Shown in pieces: positions 10,406 through 21,769 of a stretch of 64,000 nt of DNA. The notes under the pieces were generated by a model, which saw only the letters and a program-made list of their open reading frames with translations, had not been told where the DNA came from and did no database searches. The number at the start of each line of letters is the position of its first letter. Positions within the stretch are counted from its first letter, which is position 1. A program made the position numbers and the translations under genes. The DNA comes from an uncultured Methanosarcinales archaeon (GTDB taxonomy: Archaea; Halobacteriota; Methanosarcinia; Methanotrichales; Methanotrichaceae): the NCBI GenBank assembly GCA_963843555.1, contig CAWJKV010000010.1:64001-128000 (forward strand), read 5' to 3'.

Positions 10406-11083
10406 GTGGCCGCTTCCTGCAACAAACACCTGGATTCCTGCAACATCCTCACGGTTCTTGGACACCGCCCATTGCCAGGTCCCAAAGCCTCCATGCCTCA
10501 TAGATCGCCCTAACTTACTCAAGATAGTTGCGCTTGTTCCTATCTTGCAGGGAATCTCTTTGTTGCCGTCTATCCAACCGCCGGACCTCCCGCGCCCCCA
10601 CGCGCACGTGAGCCCAGTCAGCCGGCCGGCCCCCCGGGCACCTTCAAGTTCTTTGCTCTGGCCCTCCCTGCAACAGACTCCTGGATTTCTGAAAGCCTCA
10701 GCCCGGTTCATCCGTAAATCATTCCAACCGGCTATCCATGGCTGAAAAGTCGAGGTTTGTCCAGACGTTGGGGCTTCCGATCAGTCTGCAGCTTAACCGC
10801 CGTCGTCGCTCGGCCGCCCGCGGCCTGGAGCGGGGCCCCCACAGTAGCGCGGGAGGCCCGCAGGCCGACTCGCGGCACCCCGTAAGAATGCGCTGATGTA
10901 GTCCTTGCCTGCATCTACTCTGTCCAGTCTTCAGTTTAATGACATCAGCAGATTCTATTAAGAGCAAAAGATCTAACAACTACTTCCGGGGTTCCGCGCG
11001 GGTGACACGCGCTGGGGGGACGGGGTCCACATCTGGTCATGTATTCGTGATTTCCGCCAGGATACGGGCCCTCAAAGCAAAGC

Positions 11084-11311
11084 TCACGTATGGCCGTTAA
11101 TGGTAGGGATAGGGTCTCCCATTCTCAGCCTCAAGACGATCCAGCCTTCGATAACGGAGATGAGTTCATTGCGACAATCCTCGAGGGTCTTACCCGTGGC
11201 CCATACACCAGGAAGATCGGGAATATGAGCATAATAGGGCTCAAGCTCTTCGCCGTCCATTATCTCGTACTCCGCGTGTCCTAAGGCTGACGCAATGTAT
11301 TCAGCGAATAT
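11084..11311 (-). pseudogene. HicB family antitoxin with apparently mutated start codon (ATA); internal ATG at 11260
   Basis: IFAEYIASALGHAEYEIMDGEELEPYYAHIPDLPGVWATGKTLEDCRNELISVIEGWIVLRLRMGDPIP; no hicA neighbour seen. Confidence 0.75.
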
Positions 11312-11356
11312 ATTTGATCATATTAGCCAGAGAGGAGTGCTATTGACGGATAGAAA

Positions 11357-11719
11357 TCATACTCGATGTGTCGCTATGGTTATGCGCATGGTTGAATTCC
11401 CGGCAATATTCACCGTTGCCAACCCCTGGTGAGATACAACATTTGGCCGCGCCCGCTCCCATTTCGCAGTCAGTGTGTGCTCACCCATTTGTGCGATGTC
11501 CCCGACCCAGGCATGCCGTCCCAATCCGGCATTATAGGTGGTCGTGCCAATTGGCAGCGATGAATTGTCAAGGTATATTCTGGCGTTATTGACAGTCATT
11601 TTGTGTTCATCTACGACATAAATTACGCATTTTGTAGCGGCTGCACCGTTGGCCAGCAGCAGCATGGCCAACATTAAAATCAGGGATGCATTTCGAAATC
11701 TCATACCCATTAAAGGCAA
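11357..11719 (-). CDS. Secreted hypothetical protein (Ig/PEGA-like beta-rich)
   Basis: Signal peptide (ASLILMLAMLLLANGAAA), beta-strand-rich mature part. Confidence 0.6.
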   Translation of the reverse strand: MPLMGMRFRNASLILMLAMLLLANGAAATKCVIYVVDEHKMTVNNARIYLDNSSLPIGTTTYNAGLGRHAWVGDIAQMGEHTLTAKWERARPNVVSHQGLATVNIAGNSTMRITIATHRV

Positions 11720-11840
11720 TATTGGTACTTAAAGATTTTTGAATTTCATTCTTCCGTAACGAAGAAGGTTTGCCCGAGACAGATTCAGAATAAAACATAA
11801 TCTTTAATTGTTTAGAAGACAATAACAATCAGGGATTCAA

Positions 11841-12539
11841 ATGGCGACAAGGTACCCGGCACTATTGATACTGATTTTACTCCTGGCAGGAACTGCCACC
11901 CTCCTGGGCAGGGGAGAATTGGACATCTACACGACAGGCAGTGGACTAATGGGGCAGGTGGTTGATGTATCTGGAAGAGGCATATCTGGGGCCGGCATCT
12001 GGATAATTGGAAGCGAGGGCCAGGCCACTAACACCACCACCAATGCCACAGGCCACTATGGCATGAATGTGCCACCCGGAAACTACACCATAACGACGGC
12101 GCTTTCCGGATACAGCTTCACATCATCCGCGATGCAGGTTCGGACGGGCACGCTCGCCATCGCTCCGAGGATTACAGGCTATACTGCGGGCACAGTGGCC
12201 ACGGCGCCCATAATTCCCGCGGCCACTGCAGGCTTCGACCAGTATGGGCAGCCGTACACCACGGCCGGTGTGGGATGGGTCCAGGGCAGAGTAGTGGATC
12301 AGAGCGGTGCAGGCATACCTTCTGCAAGCATAACCGTAGATGGTTTCATGTCATCAGGCGCTACCGATGAGCAGGGAAATTACCGGCTTGCGCTTTCACC
12401 CGGATTGCACACAATTGATCCCATGAGTTCAGGCTACGGCATTCCTCCACGCGCGGTCTTCATCACATCCGGGGAGACGACCAATCTCGACATTACTGCA
12501 AAAAGGACTGTTGCTCTGGGAGAAGGACGCTTGCGATGA
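11841..12539 (+). CDS. Secreted protein with two carboxypeptidase-regulatory-like domains
   Basis: Signal peptide; two GxVVDxSGxGIxxA...TxxxGxY...PGxY/HTI repeats. Confidence 0.8.
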   Translation: MATRYPALLILILLLAGTATLLGRGELDIYTTGSGLMGQVVDVSGRGISGAGIWIIGSEGQATNTTTNATGHYGMNVPPGNYTITTALSGYSFTSSAMQVRTGTLAIAPRITGYTAGTVATAPIIPAATAGFDQYGQPYTTAGVGWVQGRVVDQSGAGIPSASITVDGFMSSGATDEQGNYRLALSPGLHTIDPMSSGYGIPPRAVFITSGETTNLDITAKRTVALGEGRLR

Positions 12540-12587
12540 AACTTTTGATTCATTGAGCGCGCGATGAATAAAAATGCAGATCAGGGA

Positions 12588-14090
12588 TCAGAGGAACCTG
12601 ATCCCTTTGGGCATCTCCCCGAAACGCTCCTGGAACTCCAGAGGCCAGTTCGCGGGGTCGAGGCCCTTCTGGCTCAAGAAGGCTGATGCCCAGCGCTCCA
12701 GGCCCACACCGCTGCAGCCCGACCAGAGGGCATCTCCTGATTGAGCTTTTACAGTGAAGCCTTTGGGATACTTCTCCCCATTGACGGACAGATTCTGGAA
12801 CTCGATCCAGTTGCCGTTGTAGGGCAGCACGGCTTCATAGTCCACTGTGCCCGCGCCCGTCATCTCTGAGAGGCCGGTCTTTCCTTCCTGCGCCATGAAC
12901 CAGGGCGTGACCCAGGCCGTCCTCCAGTGCAGCTCCAGGATGTCCTCGAAGATGTGCTTGTAGCAGCTCTTCAGCTTCTCAGCTTCCTCCAGGGCCTGGG
13001 CTTTGGTCCCCAGCCACACGATCTCGATTCTGTGGAACTCGTCCACCCGCTCGATGCCGTGAATTCCGCCGGACTCATAGCGATGGCTGGTGCCGGAGCG
13101 ATCGAAGACCTTAATGGGCATCTCACTCCCAGGCAGAGTCATTCCCTGCAAGAATCCCCAGAAGGTGGGGCACTGCGCGTAGCACATGCCTCCGATGGGC
13201 AGGTCGATCTTATCCTTGATCAGCTCCAGCGGCACCTCATGGGTGACCTTGTAGTGGTCCATGACCTCTTCCCAGTAAGCAGGATCGCGGGTCTTGGGCG
13301 GGCAGACGAAGTAGATCTCCGGGTAGACCCCCTGGGCGTGGCCGCTCTTCTTCCAGACATCCCAGGTATCGAGCTTGGGAAAGATCATCTCCTGATAACC
13401 GAGGGGCCGGATGATCTCCTCCAGAACGATCTGCTCAAAGGTCCTGAAGACATGGGTGGCTTCCGGGCCGTAGATCCACTGGCCCCGGCTGGAGCCGTGC
13501 TTGATCCAGCCCGCCTTTTGCATCTCCTCGGTGGGGTCGCGCGTGAACTTCAGCTCGCGCTCCGGGCTCTCCCAGAGCAGCTCCCAGTGCTCGGTCTTGC
13601 CGCCGTAGCCGCTCTGCAGCTTCTCTTCCAGAAGGCTGATTATCCTATCCGGTATGCGGTTTTCGATCTCAGACTGGCCCAGTGTGCCGCTCGGGCCCAC
13701 ATCCAGGGAGAGCAAAAGCTTGCCGCCTTCGAATTTTATCTCCCGAACATAGGGTATCTTGTGCTCGATGGCCCTCTCGGACTCGACCTCGATCTCGAAC
13801 TTGTTTACATCCAGGCCGCGCACGCCGATGCGGTACTGCTTTCCCAGGAGCTCAGACAGCGGCCGGCGCAGCCTGAGCAATGCATCATGGGCTCGCACAA
13901 ACCTGTCGCTATCAATGACCAGATCGATTCTATTGCCGGCCAGCTTCCACTCGGCTATCTTCGCGCCTTGCCCATCCGGCGCGCCTTTCTGCAGCATTGG
14001 CCCAGCTTCTCTAAAGAAATCGGAAATGGCAGCTTCTGCTGCGCTAGCATCAGCGCTCAGCCGAAAGCTTGCCTCTAAGTGGAATTTCAT
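12588..14090 (-). CDS. serS: Serine--tRNA ligase, methanogen-type (SerRS2)
   Basis: [51 protein letters not shown]. Confidence 0.95.
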   Translation of the reverse strand: MKFHLEASFRLSADASAAEAAISDFFREAGPMLQKGAPDGQGAKIAEWKLAGNRIDLVIDSDRFVRAHDALLRLRRPLSELLGKQYRIGVRGLDVNKFEIEVESERAIEHKIPYVREIKFEGGKLLLSLDVGPSGTLGQSEIENRIPDRIISLLEEKLQSGYGGKTEHWELLWESPERELKFTRDPTEEMQKAGWIKHGSSRGQWIYGPEATHVFRTFEQIVLEEIIRPLGYQEMIFPKLDTWDVWKKSGHAQGVYPEIYFVCPPKTRDPAYWEEVMDHYKVTHEVPLELIKDKIDLPIGGMCYAQCPTFWGFLQGMTLPGSEMPIKVFDRSGTSHRYESGGIHGIERVDEFHRIEIVWLGTKAQALEEAEKLKSCYKHIFEDILELHWRTAWVTPWFMAQEGKTGLSEMTGAGTVDYEAVLPYNGNWIEFQNLSVNGEKYPKGFTVKAQSGDALWSGCSGVGLERWASAFLSQKGLDPANWPLEFQERFGEMPKGIRFL

Positions 14091-14308
14091 CTCTCCTCCA
14101 TACAAGATTGTGCATCTTCCGCTATTTTAATGTTCATCAATAGATCGTCAACCGTGGAGAGCAGAGTACCTATCTTTTCCGTCGAAAATTGCAGGCAAAG
14201 GCTGTCGGCATCGATCTGAAGACTCATATTGGGCAGGTTGTCAGGCTCAATGGCTCTTGCCACCTGTCCCGCCTTCTCTCCCCAGAAGACCAGCCTGGCC
14301 CGGATCAT
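14087..14308 (-). CDS. pcc1: KEOPS complex subunit Pcc1
   Basis: AIEPDN...[16 protein letters not shown]; conserved rps15-DHH-pcc1 order. Confidence 0.85.
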   Translation of the reverse strand: MIRARLVFWGEKAGQVARAIEPDNLPNMSLQIDADSLCLQFSTEKIGTLLSTVDDLLMNIKIAEDAQSCMEER

Positions 14309-15659
14309 GTTGCATCACTGTTGGTGGGTGGACAAGGGGCGGGTGCGCCGGGGGCAGGAGCCTCGACTTTTGCAGTTCCATGCAGCTGCTCTCCCACAAT
14401 CTCGTCCAGCAGCGCCAAAAACCTCTCCTCTGCGCCGGGCGGGATAGAGGCACCGCTGGCGATGGTATGGCCGCCCCCCGCTCCTCCTACAGCCTCAGCC
14501 GCCTTTCGCATGGCAACGGAAAGATCCAATCCTTTGGATATGAGCGGCTTGGTTCCGCGCGCCGATATCTTAACCATATCATCTTTGTGATTCAAGGTGA
14601 TGAGAGGCATCTCGCTGTATAGATATCGAATTCCCAGGCCCGATACAATCGCACCCGCTTCCATATTCTCCATCATCAAATAGCGAATGTTCTTCATCAC
14701 CTTATTTTGCTCTCGAAGAATAGTAAGCTCCCGCATGATATGGCCTTTGTATTCCTGGGCCAGCTTCCGGGCTTCACCAAAGGCACTCCGGTCCCGCAGG
14801 CAAAGGGTCAGGCCGAGGCCCGGAACATCTCTATTGCCGCAGGCGTTAAGAAGCTGCACCATCTGCAGTGAGTTCTCCACCACCTCGTGCCGCAGCCGGA
14901 TCACTTCACCCAAAACAGAATCGGCGGCAAAGCTTCCCTGCATAAGCAATTTCAGTGTAAGAGCCGTGCAAATTCTGGCCAGTTCATCCCTTCCCAGGCC
15001 CTCTACATTGCCCTTTATCTTCAAGGTCATCCAAAAATTGGCGGGTCTTTTCCGGATCGCCGGTAAAGTCCAGGAGCGGCTCTATACTGTTTTGAAAAAC
15101 CTCTTCCACAGGACCGTCTTCGGACATCTTCAGGCCTGCGTTCACCTCTACCGCGCCGCTGGCGACGGCCTCATCACAGAATAGTCCTGTTCGCGCCAAT
15201 CATGCCCTGGCGGTCTCCCATGGCACCTACCAGGGCAAGGCCGGCCAGATCGGCATTGTCGCCCATGTGGCGCACCACGGAATACACTGTCCCCGCCGCG
15301 GATAGTTCAAAGGCCCCATCTATGCCATAGAGATGGGGATTGAGATGCATGCAGCTCAATGTGCCCACGGGACGGTGGTGATCCAGGACGAAGCAATCAT
15401 CTTTGACGCGTGAGATCAGCTCCGGCTTGCCGCTGCCCATGTCGCAGAATACTACGGGCCCTGTCAGGCCATTGATCGCGGATTCATCCAGCCGGTTCAG
15501 TAGTGAGGCCTGAAAAGGTATCCCTGCGCGCAGGAGCGCATTGCAGATCAGCCCTGCGGATGTGATCCCGTCCGCGTCGTTATGCGAGATCACACGCATG
15601 CTGTCGCAATGCAGTATCGACTTGGCAATAGCTTCTGCAGCCTTGTCGAGCCGCTTCAT
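14305..15659 (-). CDS. DHH/DHHA1 phosphoesterase (RecJ-like), frameshifts near 15178 and 15025
   Basis: SHNDADG, DMGSG, LDHH, GAMGD, GGGHTIASGA spread over three overlapping frames. Confidence 0.9.
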
Positions 15660-16111
15660 GAGATGAGAATCTCAGCCGTCTCGGGCGAGTAGGTCCAATC
15701 CGGTGCCAGCCGCCCGGAGTCATGATAGTATTTAACCATTCTTCTGATCTTGTTTTCGGTTAGCTGCAGAGCTCTCTTGTTGTGAACATCCTTCTTATTG
15801 GCTTTGATGTGTTTGCGCACGTGAAGAGCTTTTCTCATCAGATTGGTCAGGTCCTCCGGAATATCCGATAGGGCCTTGTTCTCCATCAGGAAGCCGTTCA
15901 TGCTCTTTCCCAGGACCAGCTTGGTGCTGGGCACTCCATACTGGTCTCGCAATGTCAGACCAATGCGGCTTGAGGGCAGCCCGCTGTCGTGCAGTTTCAT
16001 GATTGTCTTTTCCAGCTCCTCTTTGGATATGTCGGACCACGCGGGTGCTTTGGCAACCGTGGGTGGTCGGGATCGGGAGGAACCCTTTTTTCTGCTGTGC
16101 ATTTTTGCCAT
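15656..16111 (-). CDS. rps15: 30S ribosomal protein S15 (uS15)
   Basis: MAKMHSRKKGSSRS, IGLTLRDQYGVP, IPEDL, KDVHNKRALQLTENKIRRMVKYY. Confidence 0.97.
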   Translation of the reverse strand: MAKMHSRKKGSSRSRPPTVAKAPAWSDISKEELEKTIMKLHDSGLPSSRIGLTLRDQYGVPSTKLVLGKSMNGFLMENKALSDIPEDLTNLMRKALHVRKHIKANKKDVHNKRALQLTENKIRRMVKYYHDSGRLAPDWTYSPETAEILIS

Positions 16112-16235
16112 CTTTCAATCCTCATTAAATTTCATAAAGGCGAAGGTATAATGCTCAATGCCAGGTGGGATAAAAAACTTGCGCCGTTTTTCGTCGGTAA
16201 CAGATTTATAAGCCAGGGGATTTGATGATCCAGAC

Positions 16236-16982
16236 ATGTTCCCTGAGTACCTGAACCAGCTATTCTATCTCGTGGGCGAAATCGTGGTCATTACGGCCGT
16301 CATCGTTCTGATTCTCTCGGTTCTGGTGGCTCTGCTCATCCTTTACTCCTTTAAGACGGGCAACTTCTTCGCGGCCGGTATATGCTTTTAGGCATCATTC
16401 TTCTGGAGAGCGTGATAAAAGCTCTCTTCTGGGCGGCCAGGGCGGACGATTCTATGGTGGACGATGTCGGTGTGCGCCTGAGAAATTACATCAACGAGAA
16501 GGAGTTTTCGAAGACTCCTCGTGAGAAGCGTTTCATCTTCATGCCCCAGTGTGTTCGCAGCATAGAGTGCCCGGCCAAGCTCACGCCAGAGGGCATAAAA
16601 TGCGTGAATTGCGGACGCTGCAGTGTTGGTGAGGCCAAGAAATATGCCGAGGGCATGGGCTACAGATTCTTCATCGTTCCCGGCTCCAGCTTCATCAAGA
16701 GGATCATCAAAAAATACCGGCCCGGGGCCATTGTGGGCGTGGGCTGCCATATGGAGATAAAAGAGGGACTGGACCTATGCCAAAGCCATGGCATACCGGC
16801 TCAAGGGAGTGCCACTCTCCAATGCAGGATGTGTAGCGACGACGCTGGATTGGGAGCAATTCTATGAGGCCATAACGGAAAAAGGATCAGCAAAAAGACG
16901 CTGCCGAAAGCCGACGAAGAGAAAAAGAAAGCTGAAAAAGAAATCTAAAAAATGTGCTGAAAGTGCATTCACTCCATGCTGA
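16236..16982 (+). CDS. DUF116 family protein (frameshifts near 16378 and 16800)
   Basis: N-terminal TM helix from ATG 16236; [34 protein letters not shown]...GC. Confidence 0.8.
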
Positions 16983-17145
16983 TGGCTTCAGATGGGCAAG
17001 CCTCAACACATGTCTTGCACTCAGTGCACTTTTCCTTATTTACAACTGCGATTTCCTCGTCGTCCAAGCTGATGGCTTCTTCCGGGCACTCCTCAACGCA
17101 AGTTCCACAGCTTACGCATTCTTCTCTGTTAACAACTGCAGGCAT
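16969..17145 (-). CDS. 2[4Fe-4S] ferredoxin (58 aa)
   Basis: [58 protein letters not shown]; two CxxCxxCxxxCP motifs; missed by the ORF track. Confidence 0.95.
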   Translation of the reverse strand: MPAVVNREECVSCGTCVEECPEEAISLDDEEIAVVNKEKCTECKTCVEACPSEAISME

Positions 17146-17216
17146 TTATTGAATCCTCCAATTTGCTCACTGGCAAATCCACCTGTAAGTATATCCGATA
17201 TATACCTTTCGTTAGC

Positions 17217-19493
17217 TTATGCCAGTTCGTTGTATCTTTTTCGGTCTTTTAGCTCCTGGCGTTTGGCGCTGTTCCATCCGCTCACAGCCTGCAGATAACC
17301 GGTAATTCGGCTGATGTGGTCTACATCTTCCGATCCGCAGTTGGGACAGTTATCCTCCAGTCCTCCTGAGACCTGGGAGCAGCCGAGGCATACAGTCATA
17401 TCCTTGGTGAAAGTGAAGTAGCCTATTTGAGTCTCTCTGGCCAAACGCATGCCGAAGTCCATCAAGCCTTTGGGGTCGGGAGTGGCCTCTCCCATGAAGA
17501 CATGGAAGATATTGCCGCCATCGACGATGGGGAAGAAGACATGCTCAAGCTTTGCCCTCTCGAAGATGGTTACATCTGCACTGGGCGGCATATGGGTGCC
17601 ATTGGTGTAGTAGACAGGAAGATCGCGTGTCTTATGCACGTTCTTCTTCACGGCATCCAGATCGCCTTTCACAACCCTCTCGGCGCAGTCCCTGAACTCC
17701 TCATGGATCAGGTCTGATACCGCGAAACGCTGGGCTGTGGTCTCTGCGGGCGTTCGCGCCAGAGCGATGGTCATGCCGTGCTGCTGGGAGAGCTTTTTGG
17801 CATAGATCTCCATCTCCGTCATAGCGCGTACGGCGAGCTTCCAGGACTCCCGGGATTCGTGCATCTGCTTTCCAGTATGGAACTGGGCCATCTCATTGAC
17901 ACCCACTACGCCTATGGTATAGACCAGGCCCTCCAGGCCGACGGCGATGGAGCCTTTCTCGCCCGTGCTGGGATCTCGGGGCTGTTGCGTGGCAAAGGGC
18001 ATGCGGTGGTTCTTGATGATCTGGTTCATCCATTCGCGTTTAACCTTGAAGATCTCAACGGAAGTGTCCATCAGCTCTCGCAGGTACTCGAAGAGCAGCT
18101 CGTCGTCGCCGCGGGCGAGATAGGCAGCACGAGGACAGTTGAGGGATACTACCTGCCAGGAGCCCATGGAGAAGTGCTTGCCATCTTTGAAGTACAGCTT
18201 ATCCTCGAACTGGTCATCGCTGTCCGAAGTGGCTGCAAATTGGTACGCGCAGCACTGGTAGCAGGATATTCCTTCCCCTGCACCGCGATAGGCAGGAAGC
18301 TGGTTATCGAAGTAGGGGGTGCCGTATTCGGCTGCCAGCTTGAAAGTCTGGAGGTAGAGGTCCTGATAGGTGGGAATATCCGGGTGGGCGGCATTAAAGG
18401 ACTCGTCCTCTTTCATGAAATCAGGCTCGATGCTGATCTCGGGCTTGGGGAAGTTGAAGGGCTTGCCCCAGTAGTCGCCGGCCAGCATGACCTCCATGAG
18501 GGCCTTAAACGCCAGGCGCACCTCGCGCTCGAACTGGCCGTAGGTCTTCAGCGGTGCTTCAGGAGAAGAGCCGTTCCAGACCTTTCCTGCGTAGACGGCA
18601 GGCTTGTCCCTCCAGAGTTTGGGGACTCCCGGGGTGAGCTGGACCGAAGAGAAGACCAGCTGGCCGCCGCGAGCGACCATCATCTGTGTCATCTCGTAGA
18701 CGAACATCTGCATGAGCTGCACGATCTCGGCGTAGGTGCGGTTTTCGAAATAGGGCGCAATGAAGGTGAGGAAATTGTAGAAGCCCTGGCCTCCGGCAAA
18801 GTTGGTCTGAGCGCTGCCCAGGGCCTTGACGGCATGCAGGATGGCAACCTCCGGTTTCTTGGCAGGCCCGGCCACGCTGGCTTTGGTTCCGAGACCGTCG
18901 GGCATCAGGCCGTAGTAGAGGAAGTAGCGCAGATCCCAATCCTGACAGAATGGTCTGGTTCCAAAGTACTCAAGATCGTGAATATGCAGGTCTCCGGCGA
19001 GGTGGCGGTCGGCCAGATAGGGCGGCAGCAGCAGGAGGTACTGCTCTTTGCTGATCTTGTCCGCCTTCTTCTTGTGGCTGGTTTCGGCGTTCTCCTGGAG
19101 GTTGGCATTCTCCTTGGACTCGAAACCGGTTCCAATGTCGATGAGGTGAGCATCAAAGACAGGCGTCCCGACGCGGGTGCAGATGTTTCGCCACTCCGTG
19201 TGGTGCCTCTCCAGAAGGATCACGTTCATGATCTCCCGGACCAAGGGGCCGCTCAGGTAACGGACATTCATCCACCTCACCCGGCGTTCCACCTCTTTGG
19301 CGATGTCCTTGGCCTCTTCTTCGGTTATACCCGGTTCTTTATAGAATTGTTCTGATAGTTTAGTCTCCTTCAGGAGCTGCTTGGCTATGGCCTCTCTGTC
19401 CCAGTCCAGCAGATGGCCGTCTGTGGTTCTAACCCTGGGCATGGCAGAGACGGCTAAACCTTCCAGGGTCTGCTGCACGATTCTGCTGCTCAA
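17217..19493 (-). CDS. nrdD: Anaerobic (class III) ribonucleoside-triphosphate reductase
   Basis: ATP-cone-like N-terminus, HIHDL, TPAET, YYTNG, Zn-site CxxC...CPNCG, RITGY glycyl-radical motif. Confidence 0.96.
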   Translation of the reverse strand: MSSRIVQQTLEGLAVSAMPRVRTTDGHLLDWDREAIAKQLLKETKLSEQFYKEPGITEEEAKDIAKEVERRVRWMNVRYLSGPLVREIMNVILLERHHTEWRNICTRVGTPVFDAHLIDIGTGFESKENANLQENAETSHKKKADKISKEQYLLLLPPYLADRHLAGDLHIHDLEYFGTRPFCQDWDLRYFLYYGLMPDGLGTKASVAGPAKKPEVAILHAVKALGSAQTNFAGGQGFYNFLTFIAPYFENRTYAEIVQLMQMFVYEMTQMMVARGGQLVFSSVQLTPGVPKLWRDKPAVYAGKVWNGSSPEAPLKTYGQFEREVRLAFKALMEVMLAGDYWGKPFNFPKPEISIEPDFMKEDESFNAAHPDIPTYQDLYLQTFKLAAEYGTPYFDNQLPAYRGAGEGISCYQCCAYQFAATSDSDDQFEDKLYFKDGKHFSMGSWQVVSLNCPRAAYLARGDDELLFEYLRELMDTSVEIFKVKREWMNQIIKNHRMPFATQQPRDPSTGEKGSIAVGLEGLVYTIGVVGVNEMAQFHTGKQMHESRESWKLAVRAMTEMEIYAKKLSQQHGMTIALARTPAETTAQRFAVSDLIHEEFRDCAERVVKGDLDAVKKNVHKTRDLPVYYTNGTHMPPSADVTIFERAKLEHVFFPIVDGGNIFHVFMGEATPDPKGLMDFGMRLARETQIGYFTFTKDMTVCLGCSQVSGGLEDNCPNCGSEDVDHISRITGYLQAVSGWNSAKRQELKDRKRYNELA

Positions 19494-19983
19494 CTCCCAT
19501 CCCCTCTACGATAAAGCGACATGATACAACCTCTCGATAATCAACCTAATAGACTAATATCTCGCCTTGAGTTTATTCGCTTTGCGCTCCAAACACCCTC
19601 AAAATTTTTTAGCAAATATGTATTATCACTAAGTTATAAAGTCAACGCCTGATCTATCTTGGACAGAGTTATTCTGGCAGAGTTTATTAACCATATTCCG
19701 TGCGTGTGGCGAAAGTAATTTTAGTAATCGCGAAAACAAAGACAGATGGGGGCGATCTTCTCTGTCCTTTCTCTGACCTTTTTCAAATCTTGCGCCAGGC
19801 TTTCCACAGATCATTCATATCAAATTCTGCCAAATAGATGATCAAACTCATTTGAGCTTGCTTGATATCTTAATTTATTAAACGGACGTAATTCTGGCGG
19901 CTTCAGATTAAAATTTTATCTTTTGTACCATCATCATATGTCCTTATTATATTTCAGGAGGCTTAAAAAATTAGACTTTAGCA

Positions 19984-20601
19984 TCACTGCTTCAGCGCCG
20001 CCTCCAGCCTCTTGTTCACCTCTTCCCAGTTCACTATGCTCCAGAAAGCCTCTGTGAACTTAGCCCGCTCATTCTTGTAGTCCAGATAGTAAGCATGCTC
20101 CCAGACATCCAGGACCATGAGGATTTTGTAGGTTGGAATTACGTTCACATTATGCTTCTCGATCTGCATGAGAAGGGGCCTCTGGGTGTGGCTGCACCAG
20201 GCAAGAGCTGCCCAGCCTGATCCTTCTGTGCTATTCGCCGCCGCGGTGAAATCCTTTTTAAAGCGTTCAATAGAGCCGAACTCCTTCTTTAGAGCGTCTG
20301 CCAGAGCGCCTTCGGGCTCCTTGAGTGTCTTATTCGCAGGAGCGAGATTCATCCAAAAGAGGCTGTGCAGCTTATGTCCGCCCACCTGGAAAGAGAGTTC
20401 CTTTAGCGTCGCTTTCATATCCACATCCGTTCCCGCCTGGCGGGCCTTATCCAGTTTCTCCAGGATGGCGTTAGCACCGTTTACGTAGGCTGCATGGTGT
20501 TTATCGTGGTGCAAACGTAGCTGACCCTCGGAGATCTGAGGTGCGAGAGCATTGTAGGCATAGGGCAGTTCCGGCAGGGAATAAAATTTCGTATCGGCCA
20601 T
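19984..20601 (-). CDS. sod: Fe/Mn superoxide dismutase
   Basis: [31 protein letters not shown]. Confidence 0.97.
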   Translation of the reverse strand: MADTKFYSLPELPYAYNALAPQISEGQLRLHHDKHHAAYVNGANAILEKLDKARQAGTDVDMKATLKELSFQVGGHKLHSLFWMNLAPANKTLKEPEGALADALKKEFGSIERFKKDFTAAANSTEGSGWAALAWCSHTQRPLLMQIEKHNVNVIPTYKILMVLDVWEHAYYLDYKNERAKFTEAFWSIVNWEEVNKRLEAALKQ

Positions 20602-20819
20602 AGTTTCATCACCTTTAGAATAACCTATTTATTTGGGACTGCTGACTATTTATCCTTTTTCGCGAATGGTCAAACCGCTCCGCGCAGATAATAGTCCAGA
20701 GCATTTTGCGATTCTTTTCACTGTACTGATAATAAGTACTTACAAAAAATTCGTAAATCAATTCACCATACGATTCAAGGACTCTCTTGCATCGCCTCAT
20801 CGAATTCGTTCCAGAGCGA

Positions 20820-21185
20820 AGAAGTGCGAAGCGAGGATAGTTCTCCACATGCCCCAGCACGATGATAAAGGACGATTCCAGCTTTTGAGGATCTCTATAT
20901 CCCGCTTGACCCAGGTGCGTGCCAATACCCTGGCGCTGCCATGCGGCAGCACGGCCACGGGCGCCAGGCCCATGCCTTCTATGGTCTTCGCGCTGCCTTC
21001 GATTTTGCAGGGGAGAAGAGGATGTGGCCACAACCTCATCACTGGCAAGGGCGACCAATGATAGCAGGCAGGGGCAGCTCTTACGCAGTTTGTCGACTAT
21101 GCCGGCCTAAGCCGGCTGGCCGAAGGTCTGCACGTTCATTATTCGGATCGCTTCGATATCCTCCGTCCGCTCTTCTCGAACAAGA
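20820..21185 (-). pseudogene. GNAT N-acetyltransferase (YhbS-like) pseudogene
   Basis: Pieces across frames: ERTEDIEAIR..FGQPA*AGIVDKLR, LSLVALASDEVV, GLAPVAVLP, WQRQGIGT, IIVLGHVENYPRF; in-frame TAG plus several shifts. Confidence 0.8.
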
Positions 21186-21191
21186 TCAGCG

Positions 21192-21575
21192 CTACCAGAG
21201 CACAATATACACGTTGTCTCCTTCTTTCCTGCCCTTTAGGAGCTGGCAGTGGCGGAGGATGGCGAACTGGTTCTCCAGCTCCGTCGCCGGCAGCTTGAAT
21301 CTCTCCATTAGTTCTCCCTTGGTGGCTTTTCCTTTCTCCTGGATGTACTCATAAATCTCCTTTTGCAGATCCGTCAGCCCTTCAGTTCCTTCCAGGCCGT
21401 GGCTCTTCCGGAAGATCTTCTTTGACCTTTCTCCCCAGGGATCACAGACCCTGATTCTGTGGCCCACATCGATGTAGCAATCCTCGCAGAGGGTCTTGCC
21501 CTCTGTCGCGAAGACCTCCTCCTCCGAGACCTCTTTGCCGCAGTTCTGGCACTTTATACCTTCCAGCATTTCCAT
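21192..21575 (-). CDS. Hypothetical protein: N-terminal Zn finger plus C-terminal winged-helix-like domain
   Basis: CQNC...LCEDC, CDPW, LTDLQKEIYEYIQEKGKATKGEL. Confidence 0.75.
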   Translation of the reverse strand: MEMLEGIKCQNCGKEVSEEEVFATEGKTLCEDCYIDVGHRIRVCDPWGERSKKIFRKSHGLEGTEGLTDLQKEIYEYIQEKGKATKGELMERFKLPATELENQFAILRHCQLLKGRKEGDNVYIVLW

Positions 21576-21769
21576 TCATCTCTTCATTATGTCTACATCA
21601 TTATTACATTCAGTTCTGCTCTTAAGTTATTGCTCCCTGACTGAAAAGGCATCTCATCTCCGGCAAGATCGTTCGCATATCAATTACTGAATTATTTTGG
21701 CGATATAGTGCCATGATAATGTTTTTAACGAAAAGTTCTAATAGAAAAACCCTACTAAGATAGGAATAT

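Noticed and set aside
10406..10711. N-terminal 100-aa extension of the RelE ORF
   Set aside because: RelE similarity starts at ATG 10405; the extension crosses GC-rich non-coding-looking DNA.
11090..11284. Plus-strand 64-aa ORF
   Set aside because: Antisense shadow of the HicB-like gene.
17778..19355. Long antisense ORFs (525 aa over nrdD, 383 aa over serS, others over rtcB, dnaG, mcm, serA, MFS)
   Set aside because: Shadow frames of GC-rich coding genes with no motifs of their own.
21107..21109. In-frame TAG in the GNAT gene as pyrrolysine read-through
   Set aside because: The same gene has several frameshifts and the TAG sits where Glu (GAG) is expected; ordinary decay is simpler.
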